Origin: an uncultured Ruficoccus sp.
Lineage (GTDB): Bacteria > Verrucomicrobiota > Verrucomicrobiia > Opitutales > Cerasicoccaceae
NCBI GenBank assembly: GCA_965140785.1
Contig: OZ223510.1
Coordinates: 160,001 to 224,000 of the forward strand
DNA length: 64,000 nucleotides
Direction of reading: 5' to 3'
Translations under genes and position numbers: made by a program
The notes under the pieces: generated by a model
Database searches by the model: none
The model's input: only the letters and a program-made list of their open reading frames with translations
Told to the model about the DNA's origin: nothing
In this document: one piece after another, positions 50,342-61,416 of the stretch
Position numbering within the stretch: position 1 is the first letter of the stretch
How the letters are laid out: each line of letters begins with the position of its first letter

Positions 50342-53182
50342 ATGCCTTTTTCCATGATTCCCGACCTGTATGCCGAAACATTCGACGTGGCCGTATTCGG
50401 TGCCGGCTACTGCGGCCTGGCCACGGCCATGCAGTTGGCCGCCCGCGGTGAACGCGTGCTGCTGGCCGAGTCCAATGGGCAACTGCTGTGGGAATCTTCC
50501 TCGGCGCTCGAGGAAACGTTGCCCGAGGTGTGTCCCGGCGAGGAGTGGCAAGCCTGGCAGCAAGAGCTGGAAAGCAAGAAGGCGCTCGGGCACGGTTGTT
50601 TCGATCCGCTGTCGGCGGAAATGCTCGCCGCCCAGAAACTTTCATCCAATCCAGCGAAACTTCAAACCCTGTTCTATGCCGTGCCCGTCGCCGCTCAACA
50701 GGCGGATGGAAAACTGGCCGCCGTTATTTTTGCGACCAAGGAAGGGTTTAGGCGCGTTCGCGCACGCCGCTGGGTGGACGCGTCGGAGACGGGCATCCTG
50801 CTGCGGCTGCTGGAACCCAAGGCCGGAAACGGGCATGCGCCCGATTCGGCACTGTGCCGCATGGCCCTTCAGTCCTATCAATGGGAAGAGTGGGGCGATG
50901 TCTTTGAAAAATACGCACATGCGCGGGGCATGCAATGGCGGCGCGGAGCCCGTGTATCCGAGCGTCAACTGGTTTGGCAGGACGACGGCTCCAGTTGGCA
51001 CGTCGGGCTCGTCAAGCGCGCCCGGGAGCTTCGTTCTGCCTTTGATGAAAAGCACCGTCCACTCATCAGCCATAGCTCGGCGGTCGCCTTTCCCATCTAC
51101 GGGGAAGGGCAGGCAACGGAATTGCCGAAGGGGCTGGCCGATAATCTTCTGCTTTTGAGTCCGGCTCACAGCGGGCTGGCTTTGGGCAATGTGGCCGAGC
51201 GTTTTGCCTGGGGCTGTCAGCAAGTGCGGGAGGTGTATCCCTCTCTGCCGGCCTGCACGGCGGAGGACCTCCCTGAATTCTCGCCGGAGTCAATCTCTGT
51301 CCGCCAGGAACACTCCTGCGAGGTTCTGGTGGCCGGGGCGGGGACGGCCGGTGCGCTCGCCGCCATGTCCGCAGGCACTCACGGAGCCCGGACCTGCGCG
51401 CTGGAGTTCGCACCATTCCCGGGAGGAATCGGAACGGGCGGGGGCATCACGAGCTATTTTTACGGCTTGCCCGGCGGGCGACAGGAAGACCTGGGACAGT
51501 CCACCGATGAGTTGACGCGGATCTTTGATGGGAGTGGTCATGAGCCGGAGCGGAATTACTGGCACCACGACGCCAAGAAAATCGCGATCCTCCAGGAATT
51601 TGACCGGCTCGGGGTCGGTTTTTTCGGGCGGGCTCTACTGTGCGGCGTAGAGAAAGACGGCTCCTCGGTGACGGCGGTTCTGGCCGCGATCGATGGCGAG
51701 CTGGTGCGCTTCACTGGGCGGGCCTTTATCGACAGCACGGGCGACGGCGATCTGTGCGCGTTCGCCGGGGCCGATTACGCGACCGGGCGCAGTGGAGACA
51801 GCCGGACGCTGGCCTACTCCCAGGCGGCAAGCACGCTGCAAAAGACCCAGCACGGACTGAGTATTCACCTGCGCAACTTTGATGCCGGCTGGCTCGATGC
51901 CACCAGCGCGAAGGATCTCTCTCGCGCCCGCCTCTCGGGGATTGTGCAGTACGACAAGAATGACTGGACAGACGAAACCCGGCCGCTGTTTTTCGCGCCG
52001 CTGCTGGGGGTGCGTGAGTCGCGGCACATCGTGACCGACTACACCCTGCAAATGGACGACCTGATCACGCGCCGCGAATTCGAAGACTGTATCGGGAGGG
52101 CCGGTTCGCATGCCGATACGCCACTCGGTTGATTTCGAGTTCGAGGATGACGAGACCGTGTTCTTTTACTGGGTCTGCCGACTTTTCCGCTACCCCGCTC
52201 CGGGCGCAGTTGCCCTACCGGATGCTACTCCCGAAAGGGCTTGAAAATGTCTGGATCGCCTGCCCGCGCGGCGGGGATGAACAGCAATGTCTTTTATGGT
52301 ATCCGCATGCAGCGGGATATGCAGCGGCTCGGCGAAGTTGCCGGGATGGCCGCCGCGGTAGCCGCCACTAATGGCGCGAAAGGTGCCTCCCGCGCGGTCC
52401 CGGTTCCTCAGCTTCAGCGCTCCATCAACGGCAGTATGCCCGCGAATGACGAGGGCGATCAACCCGGCCCCAATGGGGACGATCCTATCGAGCACCTGAA
52501 ACGGGGCGAGACAGGTACGCCGTTGTGGATGATTTACCGCAGTCCGGAACTTTACCGGGATCGGGTTCTCCACGTATTAACATCGGATGAGTCGCGGGCT
52601 TCCTTTTACGCGGCCTGCATCCTGGCTGCCTGGGGAGATTCCCGGGCGGAAAAACGCCTGCTGGAGGCAATCGCCCAGCGTGAAGATGGTGGGGTGGACC
52701 CTTCCGAGAATGTCGGGGCCTATGGACAGGAGATCGACATTCCCTTCTGGCTGCTGGCGACGATCCTGCTGCGCTGCTGCGGGAGCGAACGCTGTGTGCC
52801 GGTCTTGGTAAAGCTGGCCGCCAATCCCGACAATATCCTGAATGTTCGCAGTGCTATTGCGTTGACTCTGGAACGTCTGGTCGAGCGTAAAGCCGTCGCC
52901 AGGGCGGATGCCGAACAGATCGTGGATTGTCTGGCTCAGCCCATCGGCGACCGCACCCTGACACCTTCGCACTCCATCGCACGTGCGCTCCGTAATCAGG
53001 AGCAGAAGCAACTGACCAATCACTACATAGCCCCCGTGCGCGAAGACCACGCCTGGCAACTGCACCTGGTGTTGGGCCGTATCCGCCTGAAACTCGGGCT
53101 CGACCCGCACTGCGAAGCGCAGCGCTACCGGAGCGATGAGCGGACGTTCGTACGGCAGGCGTTTGCTCAGCTCGGGCTCTGA
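50342..53182 (+). CDS. FAD-dependent oxidoreductase with two tandem FAD modules, interrupted by three +1 frameshifts at 52121-52265 (pseudogene or sequencing errors)
   Basis: DVAVFGAGYCG and EVLVAGAGTAG Rossmann motifs, FIDSTGDGD, GVRESRHI; removing one C at each of ~52121, ~52193 and ~52263 gives continuous ...SHADTHSVDFEFEDDETVFFYWVCRLFRYPLRAQLPYRMLLPKGLENVWIACRAAG... Confidence 0.82.
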
Positions 53183-53218
53183 GCCCACAGAACCGGCCTT
53201 TTCGTCCCGCCTGTTTGA

Positions 53219-54124
53219 TCAGTCCTTTTTCTTCGGCGTGCCGAGGTACTGATGGAGGAAGGAGAGAACGGTTGGGCGCAGGTCGAACTGCTCAGGCTGG
53301 AAGTTAAAACTGTGCGGGGCTCCGGCGATTTCCAGGTAGCAATAGGGCGTGCCAAGTTTTTCAAGATCGCTGGCCAGATCGCGGGAGAATTGGACCGGGA
53401 TGGTCTTGTCGCCTGTTCCGTGGGCGATGAACATGGGCGGCAACTCCGCGTCAAAGTACGTCACGGGAGAGGCCGCCTCGGCATACTGCTTGCGGACCTC
53501 TTTCGGCATGCCCGAGAAGGGATGAACGCGGAACTTGCTCACGTCGTAAATGCCGTAAAAATTCAGAATACAGGAAACGGCGTTGGATTGGTCGAGATAG
53601 AGGCCCTCCTGATTCATGCTCTCATCGTTGGCGGTGGCACCCATCATCATGGAGAGATGCCCGCCGGCGGAGCCGCCCATGACACCGATATGGTCCGGGT
53701 CGATATCGAAGCGCCCGGCGTTCGCCCGGATGAAGCGCAGGGCGGATTTGCAATCGTAGAAATTCTGTGGCCAGGCCAGGTAGGAGAGGTTGAGCTTCTT
53801 CGTCTTTGGGTCGCGTTCGCCGACGTTGAGGGCGTAGTTAATCGAAAAGACTGCGTAGCCGTTGGCGGCGAGGGTGTTGGCGAAGTTGCGTTCGCGGCTT
53901 GAGGCTTTGTCCCCCACACGCCAGCCGCCGCCGTGGATGAGCAGCATCGCGGGAACGGGGCGCTCAAAGGAGTCCGGTGGCAGATAGACGTCCATCTTCT
54001 CCTCCCGGTCCGACCCGAGATAGTTGATATCGGACTGTACGGAGACAGCCGAAGCGTTTGAGGCGGCATGGACAGCGCCGAGGGCCAGAGTACTCAGTAG
54101 TACAACGAGACAAGCTTTCAACAT
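53219..54124 (-). CDS. Secreted alpha/beta hydrolase (BD-FAE-like esterase)
   Basis: IHGGGW oxyanion motif, GGSAGG nucleophile elbow, HGTGDKTIP, GAPHSF; signal peptide. Confidence 0.88.
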   Translation of the reverse strand: MLKACLVVLLSTLALGAVHAASNASAVSVQSDINYLGSDREEKMDVYLPPDSFERPVPAMLLIHGGGWRVGDKASSRERNFANTLAANGYAVFSINYALNVGERDPKTKKLNLSYLAWPQNFYDCKSALRFIRANAGRFDIDPDHIGVMGGSAGGHLSMMMGATANDESMNQEGLYLDQSNAVSCILNFYGIYDVSKFRVHPFSGMPKEVRKQYAEAASPVTYFDAELPPMFIAHGTGDKTIPVQFSRDLASDLEKLGTPYCYLEIAGAPHSFNFQPEQFDLRPTVLSFLHQYLGTPKKKD

Positions 54125-54253
54125 GACCGAGACCCTAGCCGCGCTCCCGAGCCAAGGCAAGAGTAGCTGCCTGCGTCGCCCACGCTAATTCATACACATA
54201 GTTGAACGCGCCGGACTCGGAATGTTCGATAGAGAATTCCACGAAAGCCCGAC

Positions 54254-55252
54254 TCAGGCCATGCGGACAATATTCTCGGCGGTGACGGGGACGAGGGCGG
54301 GCTTGCCCTCCAGGTAGCGCCGGCATTCCTCCATGGCCATGTCGCCCATGCGGTTGCACTCACGTCCGGCGGAGCCGGCGATGTGCGGCGTGAGGAAAAC
54401 ATTCGGCATGTTCAAAAGGGGAGAGGTGCAAAACGTGGTCTCGTCGACGATGACGTCAAGAACGGCGAAAAGGTCGGGGCGACTCTCCAGGACGCGGATC
54501 AGGCCCGGCTCGTCCACGATAGCGCCGCGCGCGGTATTGATAAAGGTGGCATTGGGCGGCAGCCGCTCCAGCAGTTCGCCGCTGATCATGCCCTCGGTTT
54601 CCGGCAGTTTGGGAGCGTGCAGGGAGACGACATCACACTCGGAGAAAAGTGATTCGAGGCTGGTGGCTTTGCGCACCGATAATTCCTCAAAGAGCGAATC
54701 GCTGGCGAAGGGGTCGTAAACGATCACATCGAGATCGAACTGCGAAAGCCGCTGGCAGACCAGCCGCCCAATCGCCCCCAGTGAAACAATACCAACCCGG
54801 GAGCCACGGTAAACGCCGGGGATGCCGTCAAGATCGCGAATGCCCTGCTTAAGCGCGTGGTTTTTGCCCCAGGCCCGCTTGAGTGAAAACACAATACTGG
54901 CCATCGTGTACTCAGCCACGGGAACCGCGTTGGCGGTGTAGGCGCTGGTCAGGCGGATGTCGCGCTCCCAGAAAGCCTCCGTAACCAAGTAGCGCACGCT
55001 TCCGGCGCCATAGAAAAAAGCCTTCAGGGAGGGCAGGCCGTTCAGCAGCCCGGCGTCCAGGACTGGCGCCCCCCAGCCGGAAAAGACGATTTCGACATCC
55101 CGGTAATGCTCGGGGTTTTCCAGGACTTGCTCCGGGCTATGGGGGCGGCCGTCATTATCGGTCATACGGCCGATTTCAGTGAGGGTGGATTCGCTGTAAA
55201 TCGTGCGCATATGCTTCTCTCGAAGCATGAAGATGGATCTGGGCTTATTCAT
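54254..55252 (-). CDS. D-isomer-specific 2-hydroxyacid dehydrogenase
   Basis: ANAVPVAEY, VSLGAIG, SLHAP, FINTARG, LTPHIAGS. Confidence 0.9.
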   Translation of the reverse strand: MNKPRSIFMLREKHMRTIYSESTLTEIGRMTDNDGRPHSPEQVLENPEHYRDVEIVFSGWGAPVLDAGLLNGLPSLKAFFYGAGSVRYLVTEAFWERDIRLTSAYTANAVPVAEYTMASIVFSLKRAWGKNHALKQGIRDLDGIPGVYRGSRVGIVSLGAIGRLVCQRLSQFDLDVIVYDPFASDSLFEELSVRKATSLESLFSECDVVSLHAPKLPETEGMISGELLERLPPNATFINTARGAIVDEPGLIRVLESRPDLFAVLDVIVDETTFCTSPLLNMPNVFLTPHIAGSAGRECNRMGDMAMEECRRYLEGKPALVPVTAENIVRMA

Positions 55253-55476
55253 GAGTGAACAAAACGACCATTTTACTGGCTGCGCCGTCGCTGTAAAGGA
55301 TGTTGATGCTCATTAATATGAATGACTAAAAAAGTGAAACCCGCATGGGGTGTATGAAGCAGACGACTGGTCGGGCGCGGATAGGTTTAAAGTGGATCAG
55401 CATGCACCCGGAGAGCGGGATTTTCTTCTGTCTTTTGCGTTTTCTTCCCCCCGGTCAGCCTGCTAAGGTACGCACC

Positions 55477-55944
55477 ATGAAAATCCCCCTTACCGCTCTT
55501 GCACTCTCTTTTTTATTGTACCCGTTGACTGGTTCGGCGTTGCCGGCGAGCCAAAGCCACAGTGGCCGGGAAGTCGTCAAGGCCAGCAGGCTGGAAGGCT
55601 CCTGGGTGTCCACCAACCTCTCCGGGGACGCGATCTGGCTGGTTGTGCAGCAGGTCGGCGTGACCTTCAAGGACGACGGCACCTTTACGGCGAGCGCGGT
55701 CCTCGACGGCGGCAGCCGGGATAATTTCGCCGGGCCGTACCACCTGGACGAAGGAAAAATCCGCCTCGACCCCAAGGGCCAGTCCGCGCTGATCTGTACC
55801 TACTCGATCAAGAACGGCGTCCTCACCCTCTATAATGCCCAACATGGGATTACCGCGACGTTCAAGCGCGGCGAGCTTCCCTCCGCCTCGTCCAATTCCT
55901 CCAACTCACCCGATACCGGCGGCATGCCCGGTATGCATTTTTAG
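55477..55944 (+). CDS. Exported lipocalin-like beta-barrel hypothetical protein
   Basis: Signal peptide MKIPLTALAL..., LEGSW motif, TFKDDGTF. Confidence 0.6.
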   Translation: MKIPLTALALSFLLYPLTGSALPASQSHSGREVVKASRLEGSWVSTNLSGDAIWLVVQQVGVTFKDDGTFTASAVLDGGSRDNFAGPYHLDEGKIRLDPKGQSALICTYSIKNGVLTLYNAQHGITATFKRGELPSASSNSSNSPDTGGMPGMHF

Positions 55945-56033
55945 GGCGTTTGAGGGCTGACCGCGCGCGGTCGAAAAGGGCCGATTTTTTTGCTTTCGCC
56001 CGGCCCGGAACTCTGCCAATGTCTTCGGTTTTT

Positions 56034-56528
56034 ATGCGCCACACGATCTCAGCCTTGGTTGAAAACAAGTTCGGTGTCCTTGCCCGCGTCGCGGGCATGT
56101 TCAGCGGGCGTGGCTTCAACATCGACACGCTCAATGTCGGGCCGACCCACGACCCGCTCCTCTCGCGCATAACCATCACGGTAGTCGCCGAGGCGGAAGG
56201 GACGCTGGATCAGGCCATTAAGCAGCTCGACAAGCTGGTCAACGTCATTCAGGTGACCCACTTCAGCGAGCGGGGTGCTTTTGTGGCGCGCGAGCTGGTC
56301 ATGCTCAAGATCGATGCCGACCGCCAGAAGCGCTCGGAGATCATCGAGATCGTCGATATTTTCCGCGCCAAGGTCGTGGACGTCGCCACTGACTCGATTA
56401 TCATCGAGTGCACCGGCAACGAGAACAAAATCCGGGCCTTCCTGGAGCTGATCAGCCCCTACGGCATCACCGAAATGGCCCGCACGGGCAATGTCGCCCT
56501 GCCGCGCGGCTATGTGGCCGAGCGCTAG
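56034..56528 (+). CDS. ilvN: Acetolactate synthase small (regulatory) subunit
   Basis: MRHTISALVENKFGVLARVAGMFSGRGFNIDTL ACT domain; ARTG C-terminus. Confidence 0.95.
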   Translation: MRHTISALVENKFGVLARVAGMFSGRGFNIDTLNVGPTHDPLLSRITITVVAEAEGTLDQAIKQLDKLVNVIQVTHFSERGAFVARELVMLKIDADRQKRSEIIEIVDIFRAKVVDVATDSIIIECTGNENKIRAFLELISPYGITEMARTGNVALPRGYVAER

Positions 56529-56612
56529 CCTCCCGTTTTTCGGGTTGCTGCGGCGCCCGTTTACGTATTCACCGACACACTTTTAACCAACCAGAAACTC
56601 AATACTTACACC

Positions 56613-57647
56613 ATGCCCGCCAAGGTTTATACGGACAAAGATGCGGACCTGAGAGTCCTCAATGGAAAAACGCTGGCCGTTATCGGATACGGCTCACAGG
56701 GCCACGCCCATGCCCTCAACCTCAAGGATAGCGGCTGCAAGGTCATCATCGGCCTGTACCCGAAAAGCAAATCCGCAGCCGTCGCCAAGAAGCAGGGCTT
56801 CGAAGTGTTCGACACCGCCGAAGCCGTCAAGCGCGCCGACGTGATCATGCTCTCCATTCCGGACATGGTGCAGCCCGAGGTTTACGAGAACGACATCCTG
56901 CCCAATCTCGAAAAGGGCAAGACGCTGGTATTCTGCCACGGCCTGTGTGTCCACTTCGGCCTGATCGACCCGCCCAAGGGCGTTGACGTCATCATGGTCG
57001 CCCCGAAGGGCCCCGGCCACGTCGTCCGCTCGCAGTACGTCGAAGGCAAGGGCGTTCCCGCGCTCATCGCCGTGCTCAAGGGCTCGTCCAAAAATGCCAA
57101 GCGCATCGCTCTGGCCTGGGCCAAGGGCGTTGGCGGCACCCGTGCCGGTGTCATCCAGACCACCTTTAAGGAAGAGACCGAGACGGACCTCTTCGGTGAG
57201 CAGGCCGTGCTCTGCGGCGGTGCTTCCGCCCTCATCCAGGCCGGTTTCGAAACCCTCGTCGAGGCTGGTTACCAGCCCGAGATGGCGTACTTCGAGTGCT
57301 TGCACGAGATGAAGCTGATCGTTGACCTCATGGTCGAGTCCGGCATCAGCGGCATGCGCTTCTCCATCTCCGAAACGGCTGAGTACGGCGACGTCACCCG
57401 CGGCCCGCGCGTGATCAACGACAAGTCCAAGAAGGCGATGAAGGCCATCCTCAAGGAAATTCAGGACGGCAAGTTCACCCGCGAATGGGTCAAGGAGTAC
57501 AAGGCCGGTTATCCGAAATTCAACCAGTTGCGCAAGGAAGGTGCCCAGCACGGCGTGGAGAAGGTCGGCAAGAAGCTGCGCGCGCTCATGCCCTGGGTGC
57601 CGAAGAAGGACATCAAGGGTGCGCAAGCCTCCTACACTTCCAAGTAA
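56613..57647 (+). CDS. ilvC: Ketol-acid reductoisomerase
   Basis: [42 protein letters not shown]. Confidence 0.97.
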   Translation: MPAKVYTDKDADLRVLNGKTLAVIGYGSQGHAHALNLKDSGCKVIIGLYPKSKSAAVAKKQGFEVFDTAEAVKRADVIMLSIPDMVQPEVYENDILPNLEKGKTLVFCHGLCVHFGLIDPPKGVDVIMVAPKGPGHVVRSQYVEGKGVPALIAVLKGSSKNAKRIALAWAKGVGGTRAGVIQTTFKEETETDLFGEQAVLCGGASALIQAGFETLVEAGYQPEMAYFECLHEMKLIVDLMVESGISGMRFSISETAEYGDVTRGPRVINDKSKKAMKAILKEIQDGKFTREWVKEYKAGYPKFNQLRKEGAQHGVEKVGKKLRALMPWVPKKDIKGAQASYTSK

Positions 57648-57708
57648 GTCAACGGCTTAGACAACTTGTTTTCATGCGGGCAGGCTAAACACCTGCCCGC
57701 ACTTGCTT

Positions 57709-58578
57709 ATGGCAACGAAAGCTTTCACGCTCGTCACCCGCGGCAGCCCGCTGGCGCTGCGCCAGACGGAAATGGCGCTGGAGTGGCTCCAACGGCACCT
57801 GCCGCAGACGGAGTTCACCGTGCGCGAGATGATCACCACCGGCGACAAGCAGAAGCAGTGGTCGCTGGAGCAACGTGGCGGCGAGGGTCTTTTCGTCAAG
57901 GAATTGGAAGAGGCCCTGCGCAACGGCGATGCCGACGTGGCCGTGCACAGCGCCAAGGACCTGCCCGCCGTCCAGCCGGACGATCTGGAAATCGTCGGCT
58001 ACCTGCCGCGTGGCGAGGTTAACGATGTGCTCGTGGTACGCGAGGAGGTGGCCAACCCCTGCCTGATCGCCACCAGCAGCCCGCGCCGCCGGGCGCAGCT
58101 CAAACAGCTTTATCCCAGCGCCGTGTGGTCGGAGATCCGCGGCAATGTCGAGACGCGCCTCAAGAAGGTCGCCCACGGCAAGGTCGAGGCGACCGTCCTG
58201 GCCGCCGCCGGGCTCAAACGCCTGGGTCATTTCGAGTGGCCGGGGCTGACCTTTAAGCCCTTCAGTCCCGCGCAGATCATTCCCGCCGCCGGGCAGGGCG
58301 CGATCGCCCTGCAAGTGCGCAAGGGCGAGTGCGCTCACCTGCGCACCGTTCTGGACGAAGAGACACGCTTCTGTGTGGAGACGGAGAAGGCCGTACTGGC
58401 CGGGCTGGGGGGCGGTTGCCATACCTCGATCGGTGTGTATTGTTATAACCGAACGGTATCCGTCTATTATGAGGAAATGGGCGCCCGCCACTACCCGATG
58501 CGCGGCAACGGCGACGCCCGCGAGCGCGTGGTGGCCGAAATCGTAGCCGACCTCGGTCTGAATGAGGAATCCGAATGA
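57709..58578 (+). CDS. hemC: Hydroxymethylbilane synthase (porphobilinogen deaminase)
   Basis: TRGSPLALRQ, GLFVKELE, AVHSAKD, IRGNVETR, PAAGQGA, GGGC cofactor cysteine. Confidence 0.93.
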   Translation: MATKAFTLVTRGSPLALRQTEMALEWLQRHLPQTEFTVREMITTGDKQKQWSLEQRGGEGLFVKELEEALRNGDADVAVHSAKDLPAVQPDDLEIVGYLPRGEVNDVLVVREEVANPCLIATSSPRRRAQLKQLYPSAVWSEIRGNVETRLKKVAHGKVEATVLAAAGLKRLGHFEWPGLTFKPFSPAQIIPAAGQGAIALQVRKGECAHLRTVLDEETRFCVETEKAVLAGLGGGCHTSIGVYCYNRTVSVYYEEMGARHYPMRGNGDARERVVAEIVADLGLNEESE

Positions 58579-60095
58579 GTGAGGGAAAAGTTTATCTGGT
58601 CGGAGCGGGTCCGGGTGATCCGGGACTGATTACGGTGCGCGCACGTGAGCTGATCGGCTCCTGCGACGTGCTCGTCTATGACTATTTGGCCAACGCCGAG
58701 TTGAAAAGCTGGGTCAAGCCGGAATGCGAATGCGTCTACGTGGGCAAGCGTCCGGGCCGCCACTCCATTTCGCAGGACAAGATCGAGGACATCCTGGTCA
58801 AACATGCCAAAGCGGGCAAGCAGGTCGTCCGGCTTAAGGGCGGGGACCCCTTTATTTTCGGACGCGGCGGAGAGGAAGCCTGCCGCCTGCGGGCGGACGG
58901 GATCGGGTTCGAGATCGTGCCCGCCGTGACCGCCGCCCTCGGCGCGGCTGCCAGCGCCGGTATCCCGCTCACCCACCGCGAGCACAGCTCGTCGGTCTGT
59001 TTCCTGACCGGGCACGAGGACATTGAGCGCGGCGACATGCATGTGGACTTCGAGAAGTTCGCCCAGGTCGGCGGCACGCTGTGCATTTACATGGGCATGG
59101 GGCACATCTCCGACATCACGGAGAAGCTCATCGCCGGGGGACTCTCGCCGGAGACGCCTGTGGCGGTGGTCGAGTGGGCCACCTTGCCGCGCCAGCGCAG
59201 TCTGCGCGCCACCCTGGCCACCGTGGCCGAGGCCAAGGAGAAGGCCGGCCTGAAACCGCCCGCCGTCGTCATTGTGGGCGAAGTCGCCCGTTATGCCGAC
59301 GAGCTGAACTGGTTTGAGCACCGTCCGCTCTCGGGCAAGCGCGTGGCCGTGACCCGTTCGCGCAGCCAGGCCGGGGAACTGCGGGCCAAGCTCGAAGCCC
59401 TCGGAGCCGAAGTGCTTTCGCTGCCGCTGATCGACATCGTCGAGGCCGAGTCGCACGAGACGGCGGACGTTTACGACGGCATGGCCAACTACGAATGGCT
59501 GGTTTTCACCAGTCCCAATGGCGCGCGTTTCTTTTTCAAAAAGTTCTTCGAAAAGTTCTCCGACCTGCGCTGCATCGGCGGGGTGCGCATCGCCTGTATC
59601 GGCGAGTCCACCGCCCGCGAGGTCAAGCGCTACCACCTGGCCGTCGATGTCATCCCGGAGACAGCCGTAGCCGAGAGTCTGGCTGACGCGCTCTTACAGG
59701 CCCAGAGCCTGGACAGCCTGAACATGCTCGTCGTCACCGGCAACCGTAACCGCGACGTCCTCATCCGCAAACTGGAGGAGGAGGGGCGGGCCATCGTCGA
59801 TGTGCTCCCGGTTTACCACAACGAGCCGGCTGACCTCAGCGAGGAGCCCGACGCGCAGTCCTTCCGCGAGAAGGGTGCCGACGCCATCACCTTTACCAGC
59901 GCCAGCACGGTGGAGAACTTCGTCACCCAGAGCGGTCAGCTCCAGCTCGCCAAGGGTGCCACGCGCCCCAAGGCGATCAGCATGGGCCCGATCACCAGCG
60001 CCGCAATGAAGGAGAAGGGCGTGCCCGTGGATGCCGAGGCCAAGGAACAGACCCTCGACGCACTCGTGGCCGCCGTGGTGAAAAAGCTGGCTTAA
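58575..60095 (+). CDS. cobA: Uroporphyrinogen-III C-methyltransferase / uroporphyrinogen-III synthase fusion (CobA-HemD)
   Basis: VYLVGAGPGDPGLIT, RLKGGDPFIFGRGGEE, then the HemD domain (VAVTRS, WLVFTSPNG, FTSASTV). Confidence 0.93.
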   Translation: MSEGKVYLVGAGPGDPGLITVRARELIGSCDVLVYDYLANAELKSWVKPECECVYVGKRPGRHSISQDKIEDILVKHAKAGKQVVRLKGGDPFIFGRGGEEACRLRADGIGFEIVPAVTAALGAAASAGIPLTHREHSSSVCFLTGHEDIERGDMHVDFEKFAQVGGTLCIYMGMGHISDITEKLIAGGLSPETPVAVVEWATLPRQRSLRATLATVAEAKEKAGLKPPAVVIVGEVARYADELNWFEHRPLSGKRVAVTRSRSQAGELRAKLEALGAEVLSLPLIDIVEAESHETADVYDGMANYEWLVFTSPNGARFFFKKFFEKFSDLRCIGGVRIACIGESTAREVKRYHLAVDVIPETAVAESLADALLQAQSLDSLNMLVVTGNRNRDVLIRKLEEEGRAIVDVLPVYHNEPADLSEEPDAQSFREKGADAITFTSASTVENFVTQSGQLQLAKGATRPKAISMGPITSAAMKEKGVPVDAEAKEQTLDALVAAVVKKLA

Positions 60096-60198
60096 TCACT
60101 GCTCCACCGTACGGGTCCGGTCATTTCCACCCAGATGGATAGCCACCGATAGAAACCCCGTGGGACAGGCTCCGTTTTTTTCGCGATAAAGCCTTGGC

Positions 60199-61383
60199 AT
60201 GACGGGGGTGGTTCCCACCATGACCCCCGTGAGTGCCGGAAAGTTTACGCTGATTTTAGGACTGGCCCTGAGCCTGAATGCCGTGGGGCTGCGAGCCAAT
60301 TGGGCCGACGGTACTCTGTCCGAGAGCGAAAGCGATGCCGGGCAGGATTCGCCGCTGGTCAATTTGTCCGACTGGACCCCCTCCGGACCGCCGGAAGGCA
60401 GTGACGACGACTGGATCGAGCTGACCTCCGGCGAGCTGCTGCGCGGCGAGATCAAGCGCATGTACGACGAGAGTCTGGTCTTTGACAGCAACAAGCTCGG
60501 CGACCTGAATCTGGACTGGGACGATATTAAACAGATCCACACCAAACGCCCACTCAGCCTGCGCCTCAACAACCGCACCACGGTGGTGGGCCAGGTCAGC
60601 CTGAAGGATGATAATGTCATCATCAAGGAAGCCAGCGGCAACGAGCTGACCTACAACCGGGACGAAGTCGTCTCCCTCGTTACTGCCAAAACGAGCGAGC
60701 TGAAGCGCTGGAGCTTCGAAGTCAGTATCGGGGCGGACATCCAGAGTGGTAACACGAACGAAACCTCCTACAGCGCCAGCGTCGATATCAAGCGGCGCAC
60801 GGCGCTAACGCGATTTTCTGTCAGCTATCTGGGCAACTACTCGAAGAACGACGGCAAGGTCACGAGCAGTAACCAACGCGCGAACAGCTATTTCGACTAC
60901 TTCTGGGACAAGCGGCTCTTCTTCCGTCCGGTCTTCATTCAGTACTACCGGGACCCGTTCCAGAACCTGGAATTTCAGGGGCTGATCGGCGGCGGGGCCG
61001 GTTATCAATTAGTCAAGAATTCCGACTTCGAGTGGGATGTGATGGCGGGACCGGCCTTCCAGTATAATGTTTACGACACCGTCCCGGCGGGAGAGAGCAA
61101 AAGCACCGGCAGCCCGGCGGCGTTGATCATCACGACCTTTAGCTACGACATCAACGACGACCTCACACTTGACGGCAATTACCAGGTCATCGTGACCGAT
61201 AAGGAATCAGGCCTGCTGACCAGCAACTTTACCACGACCCTGAGCTACGAGATCAACGATATCTTCGACATCAATACCTCGCTTATCTGGAACCGCATCC
61301 AGAACCCCACACCGGATTCCAGCGGCAGCGTGCCCAAGCGCAACGACATCAACCTTATCATCGGCCTGGGGATCAGCTACTGA
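60199..61383 (+). CDS. DUF481 outer-membrane beta-barrel protein
   Basis: Signal-like N-terminus, DWIELTSGELLRG domain, SGNT motif, GGGAGYQ, terminal GISY; alternative start 60220. Confidence 0.78.
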   Translation: MTGVVPTMTPVSAGKFTLILGLALSLNAVGLRANWADGTLSESESDAGQDSPLVNLSDWTPSGPPEGSDDDWIELTSGELLRGEIKRMYDESLVFDSNKLGDLNLDWDDIKQIHTKRPLSLRLNNRTTVVGQVSLKDDNVIIKEASGNELTYNRDEVVSLVTAKTSELKRWSFEVSIGADIQSGNTNETSYSASVDIKRRTALTRFSVSYLGNYSKNDGKVTSSNQRANSYFDYFWDKRLFFRPVFIQYYRDPFQNLEFQGLIGGGAGYQLVKNSDFEWDVMAGPAFQYNVYDTVPAGESKSTGSPAALIITTFSYDINDDLTLDGNYQVIVTDKESGLLTSNFTTTLSYEINDIFDINTSLIWNRIQNPTPDSSGSVPKRNDINLIIGLGISY

Positions 61384-61416
61384 TCCCGTTTAGCAGCAGG
61401 CAAAGAGTTACGTTTT

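Noticed and set aside
52115..52270. Programmed ribosomal frameshifting in the FAD oxidoreductase
   Set aside because: It would need three successive shifts with no slippery heptamers; single-base insertion errors are simpler
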